NCBI GenBank assembly: GCA_029775925.1
Contig: JARVKB010000008.1
Coordinates: 3,394-67,393, forward strand
Source: Nitrososphaeria archaeon
GTDB lineage: Archaea > Thermoproteota > Nitrososphaeria > Nitrososphaerales > JACAEJ01
Length of the DNA stretch: 64,000 nucleotides
Reading direction: 5' to 3'
Program-made: the position numbers and the translations under genes
Notes under the pieces: model-generated
Told to the model about the DNA's origin: nothing
Database searches by the model: none
The model's input: the letters and a program-made list of their open reading frames with translations, nothing else
In this document: in pieces, positions 54,806 through 64,000 of the stretch
Numbering within the stretch: the stretch's first letter is position 1
How the letters are laid out: each line of letters begins with the position of its first letter

Positions 54806-56065
54806 TTAGACTTCAACATCTAATATGTCAAAAATATCACAACTTGCTTTTACACCCATTATTTCAGAAACATTCGGAGTTATTTCTAAAAGATCTTTTT
54901 TCATGCCACGATTCGAACCACTTATAAAACTTTTTATGTTTAATCCCCCATCACATTTGAATGTAATCTTTATTACTCTCTCATTTATTCTTTCCACATT
55001 AAAGTCATAGATTTTCTTTATGAGAGGTTTTTTCTTCAATTGTATAATTCTAACTTCAGAATTTTGCAATCTTTCTTTAAGACTATTCAGTTTTTCTTCA
55101 TTCACTTCTCCATCAAATTTTACATGAGCGGCTACTTTTACTTTAAAAGTTGGAATCTTTTTTGGTTTTTCATCAATTATCTTTACCTCCTTTAGAATAA
55201 TTCCATTATCTTCTTTTAACAATTCAGACTCATCTATATGTCTTAGCTTAGGCCCGATTAATTCCGCGTAGAAAGGTCGGCCATTGCCAAGAACAAGACT
55301 CTCAGTGCTCTCTCCTCCTACCCATGTAAATTTTGCATCTTTTGCATCAAATTTTTTAATCAAAGCCTGAGCGAGAATTTGTTCAACGCTTTTCTCCTTC
55401 GAGAATCCTGTATATTCACATTCAGAACAACCTTTTCCTTTACATTTTCTACACTTCCTACGTTTTTGGGGTAATCCTCTTATTGTTTTTAGGTATCTGC
55501 CATAAATGGATAAAGATCTGGGATTAAGATATATCTTTCCAGATATAAAATCCACTAAAATCATCATATCTGGCTTGTAAAAATTGACTTTTCTATTAGT
55601 CCTAGTGGCTATGGTCTTTCCTATTTCTCTTGTTATCTCTCCCTTTATCGTTTCTCCTCCTCTCAACTTAAACTTAGCCCTTATAATATCCTCTTTTTCA
55701 ATAAAATCTTTTGGAAGTTTTGCACCTATTAGAAAATCATTAAAATCAAAATCTTTTAATTGCTCTAAAACCTTGACGGAAATATCTTTGATGGATTGCA
55801 TGGTATCCTGACAAATAAAACATGGTTCTTCCTTTACTTTCATTTTAACTTCTTTCTTTATAGTCTTGCCTTTAACTTCATTATTTTCTTCTTTTATGCT
55901 TGGGAACTGCCTCCCTAGGCACCAATCACATAGGGAATACTCAGAAAGTATGTTCTTAGCCAAATTAATTATACTTTTTTCAATAGGCGGCATCAGAGCA
56001 CTAAACTTATTATAAATAAAGTAATTAAAAGGGTTAAGGCCAATCAGAAGACGGATTATCTTCAT
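54806..56065 (-). CDS. pus10: tRNA pseudouridine synthase Pus10 (psi54/55)
   Basis: N-terminal zinc motif LCDWCLGRQF...CFICQD, a THUMP-like middle region, and a C-terminal catalytic domain. 419 aa. Confidence 0.8.
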   Translation of the reverse strand: MKIIRLLIGLNPFNYFIYNKFSALMPPIEKSIINLAKNILSEYSLCDWCLGRQFPSIKEENNEVKGKTIKKEVKMKVKEEPCFICQDTMQSIKDISVKVLEQLKDFDFNDFLIGAKLPKDFIEKEDIIRAKFKLRGGETIKGEITREIGKTIATRTNRKVNFYKPDMMILVDFISGKIYLNPRSLSIYGRYLKTIRGLPQKRRKCRKCKGKGCSECEYTGFSKEKSVEQILAQALIKKFDAKDAKFTWVGGESTESLVLGNGRPFYAELIGPKLRHIDESELLKEDNGIILKEVKIIDEKPKKIPTFKVKVAAHVKFDGEVNEEKLNSLKERLQNSEVRIIQLKKKPLIKKIYDFNVERINERVIKITFKCDGGLNIKSFISGSNRGMKKDLLEITPNVSEIMGVKASCDIFDILDVEV

Positions 56066-56207
56066 TGAATATATAAAAATAATTTTTATAAGCTATGATA
56101 AGAAAAAGAGTTTATCTTTTTTACTCATAATAAAGGAATGGTATAGGTGAAGATTTTTACTAAGATTGGATGATAAGACGGCATAAAACTTCATTTATCA
56201 TTAATTA

Positions 56208-57533
56208 TTAAGTCACCATCCTCTTTAATAACTGTCGCATCTCCCTACCTTTTGATGCTTTCATGATGGCTTTAGACTGTCTATATTTCACAAGCATTTC
56301 CTTGACATCTTTTTCACTAGTGCCAGAGCCCATCGCTATTCTTTTAATTCTCGAAGAATTAAGAATCTCGGGGTTCTCTCTCTCATCCTTTGTCATCGAT
56401 TGAATTATGGCTTTCCATTTCTTCATCTTATTTTCTAATTCTTCTAATCCTTCCTTTGAGATTAGCGAGGATAGGCCTGGAATCAAATCTAGAATTTTTC
56501 TTAATGAACCCATCTTCTTCATTTGCTCGATCTGATAGTAAAGATCATCGATAGTCATCTTACCGGAAATTATCCTTTGAACCTTCTTCTCATCAGTCTC
56601 TATCTCTAGTTCTTTTGCCCTTTCTATAAGAGCTTTTATATCTCCTAGCCCTAAAAGTCTACCAACGAACCTTGTAGGAGAAAAAACTTCTAAATCATCA
56701 ACCCTCTCTCCCGTTCCTATAAATAGTATTTTCGCTCCTGTGGCTGCAGCAGCTGCTAATGCTCCGCCGCCTTTGGCTGCACCATCTAGCTTTGTTACTA
56801 TTATCCCTCCAACAGGCACTGCTTTATGGAAGGCTTCAGACTGAGCATAACACTGCTGTCCTATTGTTCCATCAATTACAAGTAATGTTAAATCGGGTTT
56901 TATCACATTCGATATTTGCTTCATCTCTTCTAGAAGACCTTTCTCTTCTTTATGTCTTCCTGCAGTATCTATGATAATGACATTCTTCTTGTCTCTAAAG
57001 TATTTTAAACCCTCGGTTGCAACTTTTATTGGATTGTCAAACTTTTCATCTCCAAAGACATCTATCCCTATATCTTTTGCGTAAGTTCTCAATTGAACAA
57101 GGGCGCCGGGTCTAAAAGTATCTGCACATATCAGCCCTACTTTGTATCCTCTTTTTTGGAGATATCTTGCAAGCTTTGCTGAAACTAAAGTCTTACCAGA
57201 ACCTTGAATTCCCATAAGCAATATTACATTGACTTTGTTAGTTGGGAGATCTAGCTTACTTTCAGTACCTAATATGTTCACCAATTCATCATATAGGATT
57301 TTTATTATGTGATCTTTTTTCGATAAGCCTGGTGGAGGATTCTCTTGAAGGGCTCTTTTTTCTATCTTAGAAGACAACTCAAATACCAATTTTACGTTGA
57401 CATCAGCTTGTAATAACGCTCTTTGGACATCTTTAACAAATTCTTTTATCAATTGTTCGTCCACATTGCTTGCTGACAAAATCCTCTTTATCGCTGCCTG
57501 CAATCCTTCCTTCAGTTTTTCTAAAATGCTCAT
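56208..57533 (-). CDS. srp54: Signal recognition particle protein SRP54
   Basis: N domain, G domain with [13 protein letters not shown] and TKLDG, and a Met-rich M domain. Confidence 0.95.
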   Translation of the reverse strand: MSILEKLKEGLQAAIKRILSASNVDEQLIKEFVKDVQRALLQADVNVKLVFELSSKIEKRALQENPPPGLSKKDHIIKILYDELVNILGTESKLDLPTNKVNVILLMGIQGSGKTLVSAKLARYLQKRGYKVGLICADTFRPGALVQLRTYAKDIGIDVFGDEKFDNPIKVATEGLKYFRDKKNVIIIDTAGRHKEEKGLLEEMKQISNVIKPDLTLLVIDGTIGQQCYAQSEAFHKAVPVGGIIVTKLDGAAKGGGALAAAAATGAKILFIGTGERVDDLEVFSPTRFVGRLLGLGDIKALIERAKELEIETDEKKVQRIISGKMTIDDLYYQIEQMKKMGSLRKILDLIPGLSSLISKEGLEELENKMKKWKAIIQSMTKDERENPEILNSSRIKRIAMGSGTSEKDVKEMLVKYRQSKAIMKASKGREMRQLLKRMVT

Positions 57534-57543
57534 TTTCCCCTAT

Positions 57544-58230
57544 TCACTTTTTATCCATCATTATTAATTCTTGAATTTCTAGAGCACCAGAATCTTTCTC
57601 CCATTTCTTTGCAACTTTTAAAGGCACCAGCCTTTTCTTATAAAGCGGTGCATCCAGTACGAATGAATCATAATCTCCACCTTCTCCTATTGGGTTAAAA
57701 TGATATTTTTCTGATAATCTTAACAATTCATTCACATTCTTCTGAGTTAAATGCTTCCCTAGCCATTTCTTATCCAATCCATAAGCTGCTACTGAGACTA
57801 TCATAACATCCATCTTCATAAAAATTATTTCTTTAAGAACGTCATAAGCTTTCATATTCCAAAGAGGAGTAAAATGCTTCATATTAACAGATTCGGCTAC
57901 ATTATTGAGTATATCTTTTTGATATTTTGATGCTATACATCCGCTAATAAGCAAATCGACCTTTAATTCCTTAAGAGCTCTTTCTAAAGAACCTTTCTCA
58001 TCTTTTTCTTCCGCTTTAAATCCATACCAATTTATACCAATGCTTTCTGCTATACTTTTTACATGCTTAACGTTATGAGCATGATATAACATACTATAAG
58101 GGTTTTCTGGTAGCATTGTAACAATTCCTACTATTTTTACTCCTTGCATCCATGCTTTATGAAGAGCGAGAATAGAATCTTTTCCACCTGAGGATATTAC
58201 TAAAGCTCTATCGCCTTGAATCAAGGCCAT
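57544..58230 (-). CDS. dph6: Diphthine-ammonia ligase (Dph6-like, DUF71 ATP-binding domain)
   Basis: PP-loop-like SSGGKDS and GEGGDYDSFVLDAPL motifs. 228 aa. Confidence 0.75.
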   Translation of the reverse strand: MALIQGDRALVISSGGKDSILALHKAWMQGVKIVGIVTMLPENPYSMLYHAHNVKHVKSIAESIGINWYGFKAEEKDEKGSLERALKELKVDLLISGCIASKYQKDILNNVAESVNMKHFTPLWNMKAYDVLKEIIFMKMDVMIVSVAAYGLDKKWLGKHLTQKNVNELLRLSEKYHFNPIGEGGDYDSFVLDAPLYKKRLVPLKVAKKWEKDSGALEIQELIMMDKK

Positions 58231-58412
58231 TTAAGTCCATTTTATTTGAAGATAGAATTAAATATAACGGGTTTTAAGGAGATTAAAAATGCTTATGCCT
58301 CATAAGGTTTTTCGATGATTTAAATTCGTTTGTCTCTATCCGTTATCCTCGTTACCATCCAGGCGCTCTTCATTAATGTCATTTAGGTCAGAGGTCATTG
58401 CATATTGAGAAG

Positions 58413-61097
58413 TTATGAGTATTTGGAACGCTCAGAAATTTTCCTAAAATGCTTTTCGACCTCGACCATGAATATAGAGGATGCAATTAGTAAAACCCAC
58501 ATGAATGTTTCTAGAGGTATGGGCTCGGTTCGTAAGATAAATTGCAAAGCAGGATGGTAGATAGCCAGAATTTGAGCTAAAAAAGCCAAAACTACGCTTA
58601 TGAAGAGGAACTTATTAGAGAAGGGATTGATAGAAAATACCGTCCGCCTTTCAGAACGGCTCATGAAGGCATAGAAAAATTGGAAGAAAACCATGGTCGT
58701 TAAAGCAGCTGTTCTTGCTTGCCCTAAGGTCGCTCCAGAATTTATTTGCCATGAGAAGATTAGTAAAGTTCCCAACATTAATACTATGCCAGTAATTACG
58801 AGCCTTGGAAGAAGCCCGAAGAGAACACCTGTCTTAGGGTCTCTCGGAGGAACCTTCTCCACTTCCTCTTCACGCTCAAAAGCCAAAGCTACATCTTGCA
58901 AGCCGTTAGTAACCAAATTCAGCCATAGTAGTTGTGTAGGAAGGAAAGGAAGAGGCATCCCGAGAAGCAAAGTCGCTGGGATCATCATGGCCAATCCTAT
59001 ACCGGTCGCTACTAGAAAGAGTGTTACTTTTCTGATGTTTTCAAAGACTATTCTGCCTTCTCTTACTGCTGCATATATGCTAGCAAAATTATCATCCATC
59101 AAAACCATATCGCTAGCATCTTTAGCAACATCAGTGCCTGATATTCCCATAGCTATGCCAATTTGAGCAGCTTTCAAAGCAGGAGCATCGTTTACTCCAT
59201 CACCCGTCACCGCAACAATCTCACCATGCCTCTGAAAAGCCTTTACTATTCTAAGCTTATGGTAGGGAGATACTCTTGAGAAGATCGAAACATTCTTAAC
59301 CTTTTGGTATAATTCTTCATCGCTCATCTCTTCGATCTCTCTTCCTGTTATAACTTCAGCCTCCTTCCCCGCTATGCCCATCTGATCTGCTATTGATCTT
59401 GCAGTTAAGGGATGGTCACCAGTCACCATAACTACTCTTATTCCTGCCTTTTTAGCTAATGCGATAGCCTCGATAGCTTCAGGTCTAGGCGGATCTATCA
59501 TGGCTTGATATCCAGCAAAGATCAAACCCCCTTTCTCGATTTCTTCATGCGTAATCTCTTGAATCCCGGGAGGCATTTCCTTATATGCCATAGCTAAAAC
59601 CCTTAATCCTTCAGAGGCTAAAGAATGGGCAATATCTAATAATATATCATAAGAGCAAGCTTCAACTCTCCCATCAATATGACATGCCGACTTGAACATC
59701 ATAAAGATTTTCTCAGGCGATCCTTTTACAAATACGATTTTTTTACCATTATGTTCATGGAGGGTGGCCATGTAGCCTCTCTCAGATTCGAATGGAACTA
59801 TATCTATAGTCGAATATTCTTGACTTAAAGTTTCAGGATTAAAACCTCTTTTCATCGCAGATATTATAAGCGCACCTTCTGTTGGATCGCCATCAATCTT
59901 CCACACGCCATCTTTCAAATAGACCTTAGATTCATTACATAACATGCCTATTATCAGCGTTAGGTCTAGGGATAAATCTACGTCGTTCAAGACAGAACCA
60001 TTTATGAGGAAAACGCCTTTAGGCTCGTATCCTATTCCTGTAACTTCGTATAACCGCTCAGAAGTGTAGATCTTCTTTACCGTCATCTCATTCTTTGTGA
60101 GTGTGCCAGTTTTATCAGAGCATATTACAGTAGTGCTTCCTAGAGTCTCTACTGCGGGCAACTTTCTTATTATCACATTACGCTTGGACATCCTATTTAT
60201 ACCAATGGAGAGAGTTATCGTAATTACTGCAGGAAGTCCTTCAGGTATGACTCCTACAGCCAAAGCAACTGCAGTGAAGAACATATCTACAACTTTCTCA
60301 CCTAAAGCTACTCCATAAACTACCACTATCGCCCCTAGAAGAATTGTTGCAATACCTATTCTCTTGCTAAAATGGTCCATTCTAACCAGTAATGGGGTCT
60401 TTGTAACTTTTGTCTTCTTCACCTCCTCAGATATCTTGCCCAATTCAGTCCTTTTACCAGTCTCAACTACAACTCCTCTCCCCCGACCTGTTAATACGAC
60501 CGTACCCATGAAAGCCATATTCACTTGGTCTCCAGGGACAAGGCTCTTATCAGCTATTCTTTCCGTTTGCTTTTCAACAGGAACAGATTCGCCGGTTAAT
60601 GCAGATTCATCTATCTTGAGCTCTTTAACCATAAAAAGTCGCATATCTGCTGGAACTCTTACCCCTGAAGTTAATACCACTATATCTCCAGGCACAACAT
60701 CACTCGCATCAACCTCGACCTCTAAACCATCACGGAGAACTCTTGCTTTAGGTGCTACCATCTGGGCAAGTCTTCGCATCGCCTCCTCTGCCTTGTACTC
60801 TTGAACAAAGCCTATAGTGGCGTTCAATGCTACTACTAATATGATGACTATTGTATCAATATAATGGGCAAGAGCAAGAGTTATCATCCCAGCGAAGAGA
60901 AGAATATAAATTAATGGATTTCTAAACTGGTTGAGAAATATGACCATTTGGGATGGGCCTTTATCTTCTTCTAATCGGTTATAGCCGTATTTTTTTAAAC
61001 GTTCTCTAACCTCATCGGTAGTTAGACCTTCTTCTCGACTTGCTAAACGAGTGAATACATCTCTTACATCGAGTTTGTACCATTCTTCTTTTGGCAT
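58413..61097 (-). CDS. Cation-transporting P-type ATPase (type II, Ca2+/Na+-pump-like)
   Basis: N-terminal cation-ATPase-N region, TGES, phosphorylation site DKTGTLT, TGDHPLTA, and the hinge GDGVNDAPALK. About 10 TM, 894 aa. Confidence 0.9.
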   Translation of the reverse strand: MPKEEWYKLDVRDVFTRLASREEGLTTDEVRERLKKYGYNRLEEDKGPSQMVIFLNQFRNPLIYILLFAGMITLALAHYIDTIVIILVVALNATIGFVQEYKAEEAMRRLAQMVAPKARVLRDGLEVEVDASDVVPGDIVVLTSGVRVPADMRLFMVKELKIDESALTGESVPVEKQTERIADKSLVPGDQVNMAFMGTVVLTGRGRGVVVETGKRTELGKISEEVKKTKVTKTPLLVRMDHFSKRIGIATILLGAIVVVYGVALGEKVVDMFFTAVALAVGVIPEGLPAVITITLSIGINRMSKRNVIIRKLPAVETLGSTTVICSDKTGTLTKNEMTVKKIYTSERLYEVTGIGYEPKGVFLINGSVLNDVDLSLDLTLIIGMLCNESKVYLKDGVWKIDGDPTEGALIISAMKRGFNPETLSQEYSTIDIVPFESERGYMATLHEHNGKKIVFVKGSPEKIFMMFKSACHIDGRVEACSYDILLDIAHSLASEGLRVLAMAYKEMPPGIQEITHEEIEKGGLIFAGYQAMIDPPRPEAIEAIALAKKAGIRVVMVTGDHPLTARSIADQMGIAGKEAEVITGREIEEMSDEELYQKVKNVSIFSRVSPYHKLRIVKAFQRHGEIVAVTGDGVNDAPALKAAQIGIAMGISGTDVAKDASDMVLMDDNFASIYAAVREGRIVFENIRKVTLFLVATGIGLAMMIPATLLLGMPLPFLPTQLLWLNLVTNGLQDVALAFEREEEVEKVPPRDPKTGVLFGLLPRLVITGIVLMLGTLLIFSWQINSGATLGQARTAALTTMVFFQFFYAFMSRSERRTVFSINPFSNKFLFISVVLAFLAQILAIYHPALQFILRTEPIPLETFMWVLLIASSIFMVEVEKHFRKISERSKYS

Positions 61098-61453
61098 TGT
61101 TTAAATTATAATGATTTATATATAATAAATATTGATTCGACCCTTCCAAAAGCTAATTACCTAGTTAATCAATCAACAAAAATTTAATTACTACGCCCTA
61201 GAGAAAAGACGTTTCGAATACGTTCACTTTTTCTCTCCTTATCTTATAAACATCAAATAAGCTCGTTTAACAGAATCTTGATTAAAGAAAATTCAATCTT
61301 TTGAAAAGGAATTGCCAATCTTTCCAAAGAGGATTTTAGTAAAAATTACAGAATTTAGAGAAAGAATTTGCTTTATTATCCTACAAAAGACAACAAAGAA
61401 TTTAATCTACCTTATATACCACTTAGATAATCAAAATTATAAGGGATTAGGAG

Positions 61454-61849
61454 TTGAGCAAGCCTGTCGATCTTGGTAGCTTAAAAGAAGGATCGTATAT
61501 AATTATTGATAATGAAGCCTGTAGGATAGTGTCCTATGATAAATCAAAACCAGGAAAACATGGTTCTGCAAAGGCGAGAGTCGTAGCTATAGGATTATTC
61601 GATAATGTAAAGAGGAGCATAGTAGCGCCTGTAGATAGCTTGGTTCAAGTTCCTATAGTAGAGAAAAGAGGTGGTCAGATAATCTCAATAATGCCTGATA
61701 GAGTTCAAATCATGGATCTTGAAACTTTTGAGGTTTTTGAAGCTCCGAAGCCTGAAGAGCCTGAGATTATAGAAAAATTATCTCCAGGAAATGAAGTAGA
61801 GTACTGGCGGGTTTTAGGAAAAAGTAAGATAATGCGAATAAAAGGCTAA
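61454..61849 (+). CDS. eif5a: Translation factor aIF5A (hypusine-containing)
   Basis: Hypusination loop [13 protein letters not shown]. 131 aa. TTG start preceded by ggag. Confidence 0.9.
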   Translation: MSKPVDLGSLKEGSYIIIDNEACRIVSYDKSKPGKHGSAKARVVAIGLFDNVKRSIVAPVDSLVQVPIVEKRGGQIISIMPDRVQIMDLETFEVFEAPKPEEPEIIEKLSPGNEVEYWRVLGKSKIMRIKG

Positions 61850-61903
61850 TAATTAAAAGAAAATCTTAAAAATGTAATAAAACGCAAATCCAAAGGTAAT
61901 TAA

Positions 61904-63265
61904 ATGGTTCATCCTAAAGATTATGATGTATTAATCTTTGGTGCAGGTCCAGCAGGTATATTCACTGCCCTCGAGCTTTGTGAAAAATCAGATCTAAGAA
62001 TATTGATTTTGGACAGAGGGAAGGACATATCTGAACGCACTCATTTTAAATCCATTCTTTTTGGTTGGGGTGGTGCAGGAGCTTTTAGTGATGGCAAACT
62101 TACATTCTCCACAGAAACTGGAGGATGGTTGAAAGATTACGTAGGTGAAAAGAAGCTCAAAGAACTCATGAGAGAGGTCGAAAACATATACATTAAGTAT
62201 GGTGCTCCTACTAGAATTTATGGAGACGATGAAGATGCTATTTCCGATATATCAAGAAAGGCTGCCATGGCAGAATTAAGATTAATTCCTAGCCGAATAA
62301 GGCATCTCGGGACTGATCAATGTCCTGAATTACTGAAGAAGATAAGACAAACTATAAACCATAAAGCTGAGATAATGATGGAAAAAACTGTAAGTAACCT
62401 TTTGGTTCAAGGAAAAGAAGTGAAGGGTGTTAGAACAATCGATGGAGAAGAAATTTTTGCAAAATATGTCGTAGTGGCGCCAGGAAGAGGCGGAGCGGAA
62501 TGGTTAAGGCAAGAGGCTAAAAGGCTTGGTTTAAAAACTATCAATAATCCTGTAGATATAGGAGTAAGGGTCGAAGTACCAGCAGTTATAATGAACCATT
62601 TGACAGACGTTCTTTATGAACCAAAGTTTGTTTATTATTCTAAATCTTTCGACGATAAAGTTAGGACTTTTTGTGTCTGTCCTAGAGGATTTGTGGTAAC
62701 TGAGCATTTTGATGATGCGATTACTGTAAACGGTCATAGCTATGAGAAGGAAACTTCTGAAAATACTAACTTTGCAGTTCTCGTAAGCACATCTTTTACA
62801 GAGCCCTTTAAGGAGCCTGTTGCCTATGGGAAATACATAGCAAAGCTTGCAAACTTACTGGTTGGTGGTGTAATAGTACAAAGACTCGGAGACCTTGAAG
62901 TAGGAAGAAGGTCTACACAAGAAAGAATGGAAAGAAGCGTTGTAAAGCCGACCCTCTTAGACGCTAAGCCAGGGGACTTGAGTTTTGCATTGCCAGGACG
63001 TTATCTGATCGATATTAAAGAAATGTTAAATGCTCTTGATAAGATAGCGCCAGGAGTTTATTCAAGACATACCCTTCTTTATGGCGTTGAGGTGAAGTTC
63101 TACTCGTCAAGGCTAGAGCTTAACGAAGTTCTTGAAACTAAAATAAGAAACTTGTTCACAATCGGTGATGGTGCGGGTATAACTAGAGGTTTAGTCCAAT
63201 CGTCAACTTCTGGTCTCATAGTTGCCAGAGAGATACTAAGAAGGACAGGTTATATTACTCCATAA
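61904..63265 (+). CDS. FAD-dependent oxidoreductase of unknown specificity (COG2509-like)
   Basis: N-terminal dinucleotide fold DVLIFGAGPAGIF and a C-terminal GDGAG motif. 453 aa. Confidence 0.7.
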   Translation: MVHPKDYDVLIFGAGPAGIFTALELCEKSDLRILILDRGKDISERTHFKSILFGWGGAGAFSDGKLTFSTETGGWLKDYVGEKKLKELMREVENIYIKYGAPTRIYGDDEDAISDISRKAAMAELRLIPSRIRHLGTDQCPELLKKIRQTINHKAEIMMEKTVSNLLVQGKEVKGVRTIDGEEIFAKYVVVAPGRGGAEWLRQEAKRLGLKTINNPVDIGVRVEVPAVIMNHLTDVLYEPKFVYYSKSFDDKVRTFCVCPRGFVVTEHFDDAITVNGHSYEKETSENTNFAVLVSTSFTEPFKEPVAYGKYIAKLANLLVGGVIVQRLGDLEVGRRSTQERMERSVVKPTLLDAKPGDLSFALPGRYLIDIKEMLNALDKIAPGVYSRHTLLYGVEVKFYSSRLELNEVLETKIRNLFTIGDGAGITRGLVQSSTSGLIVAREILRRTGYITP

Positions 63266-63332
63266 TAGAACTGACTTATAAAAAAACATTAATATTATAA
63301 AGAAGTAATGCTAAATTGTTGAAAGTTATAAA

Positions 63333-63959
63333 ATGAAAACTTTAGATATAATAGACAGACTTGCAATAAAAATAGCACCGTCTCCCTTTCCATCCTTTAC
63401 ACCCGCTCATGTTTTTATGATCATCGAAGCTATAGGGTATAACGAACCTATAGGAAGAATGAAATTATCAAAAATATTAGAACTTGGAGAGGGTGCAACG
63501 CGAACTTTGATAAAACGTTTGCAAAAGGAAGGAATAATAAAATCTACAAAATACGGTTGTATGTTGACTGAGTCTGGGAAAAAATTATTCGCTGATTTAA
63601 GTTCAAAAGTATCCAAAGAACTGGAGATTCCACCATCTCCATACACACTAGGCAAGTTTAACATAGCTATACTTATTAAAAATTCTGCCAAAACGATAGG
63701 ATACGGGATAGATCAAAGGGATGCTGCCATGAAGGTAGGAGCCTTGGGCGCCACAACTTTGATTTATTCTAAAGAAAAGTTAACAATACCAGGATCTCCA
63801 GAAGACGCTTTCAAAGATTCACCAGAAATTCGCGAGATTTTAATTGAGCGATTGAAACCAGAAGATGGAGACGCCATCATAATAGGGAGTGCTAATGACA
63901 AGAAATCTGCAAAACTTGGAGCTAAAGCTGCAGCCTTAGAAACTTTAAGAAAGATTTAA
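63333..63959 (+). CDS. Winged-helix DNA-binding protein with a C-terminal uncharacterised domain (possibly DUF4443-type)
   Basis: wHTH-like segment GRMKLSKILELGEGATRTLIKRLQKEGIIKS. 208 aa. The family assignment is from memory only. Confidence 0.45.
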   Translation: MKTLDIIDRLAIKIAPSPFPSFTPAHVFMIIEAIGYNEPIGRMKLSKILELGEGATRTLIKRLQKEGIIKSTKYGCMLTESGKKLFADLSSKVSKELEIPPSPYTLGKFNIAILIKNSAKTIGYGIDQRDAAMKVGALGATTLIYSKEKLTIPGSPEDAFKDSPEIREILIERLKPEDGDAIIIGSANDKKSAKLGAKAAALETLRKI

Positions 63960-64000
63960 TTCGATAAAATCAATAATTTTTTTTATCAAAAAGAATTTAG

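Noticed and set aside
58693-60804. Several 70-160-aa plus-strand ORFs (58693..59166, 60097..60318, 60364..60804).
   Set aside because: All are antisense shadows within the P-type ATPase gene, which has unambiguous DKTGTLT and GDGVNDAPAL motifs on the minus strand. The many other short antisense ORFs in the track fall under the same judgement (for example 723..929, 3613..3849, 18121..19131, 28061..29523 and 30667..31680).
61201-61235. Imperfect inverted repeat (gagaaaag ... ctttttctc) in the divergent region between the P-type ATPase and aIF5A.
   Set aside because: The stem is short, AT-rich and bulged, and there is no second copy or recognisable operator symmetry. That is too weak to call a regulatory site.
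1-64000. Search by eye for CRISPR arrays, IS elements and transposases, rRNA genes and long direct repeats.
   Set aside because: None seen. The only exact tandem repeat of note is the 33-nt duplication in atpE, and the only mobile element is the hel308 intein.

Overview
This is an AT-rich (about one-third GC by eye) archaeal chromosomal segment. It is densely coded on both strands, with about 65 protein genes, nearly all housekeeping. I found no rRNA, CRISPR array, transposase or obvious defence island. Main content: the 3' part of a class II ribonucleotide reductase; pyrB; a complete A-type ATP synthase operon (I-K-F-H-E-A-B-D-C) followed by pyrI; an intein-containing Hel308 helicase overlapping a GMP-synthase-B-like gene; gins23-mcm; a two-gene ArcS-like/radical-SAM pair; pdxST; a four-subunit 2-oxoacid:ferredoxin oxidoreductase; archaeal DnaG; Pelota; a site-2 protease; a TtuA/NcsA-type tRNA thiolase; SRP RNA and tRNA-Ser(GCU); editing-domain-less ThrRS; agmatinase-deoxyhypusine synthase; inositol-1-phosphate synthase; a Sulfolobus-type zinc ferredoxin; the conserved L21e-RpoF-DUF655-KsgA-HemK neighbourhood; Pus10; SRP54; Dph6; a P-type ATPase; and aIF5A. 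The zinc ferredoxin, split ThrRS and gins23-mcm point to a TACK/Thermoproteota-like lineage. The very GC-rich stable RNAs in an AT-rich genome suggest a thermophile. TTG and GTG starts are frequent. The most unusual signal is a set of four small polytopic membrane proteins that each end, at the extreme C-terminus, in 6-8 consecutive prolines plus one or two residues before the stop. They share the window with the full aIF5A hypusination toolkit. Other points worth a second look are a minimal ArcS-like (DUF5591-type) plus RaSEA-like radical SAM pair, a Hel308 motif-VI intein with a half-degenerate LAGLIDADG endonuclease, pyrB and pyrI split by the ATP synthase operon with a perfect 20-bp palindrome over the pyrI start, a DRG-like pseudo-GTPase, and several small zinc-ribbon ORFs below the 60-aa track cut-off. 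All functional calls rest on motif recognition by eye. No database search was possible.
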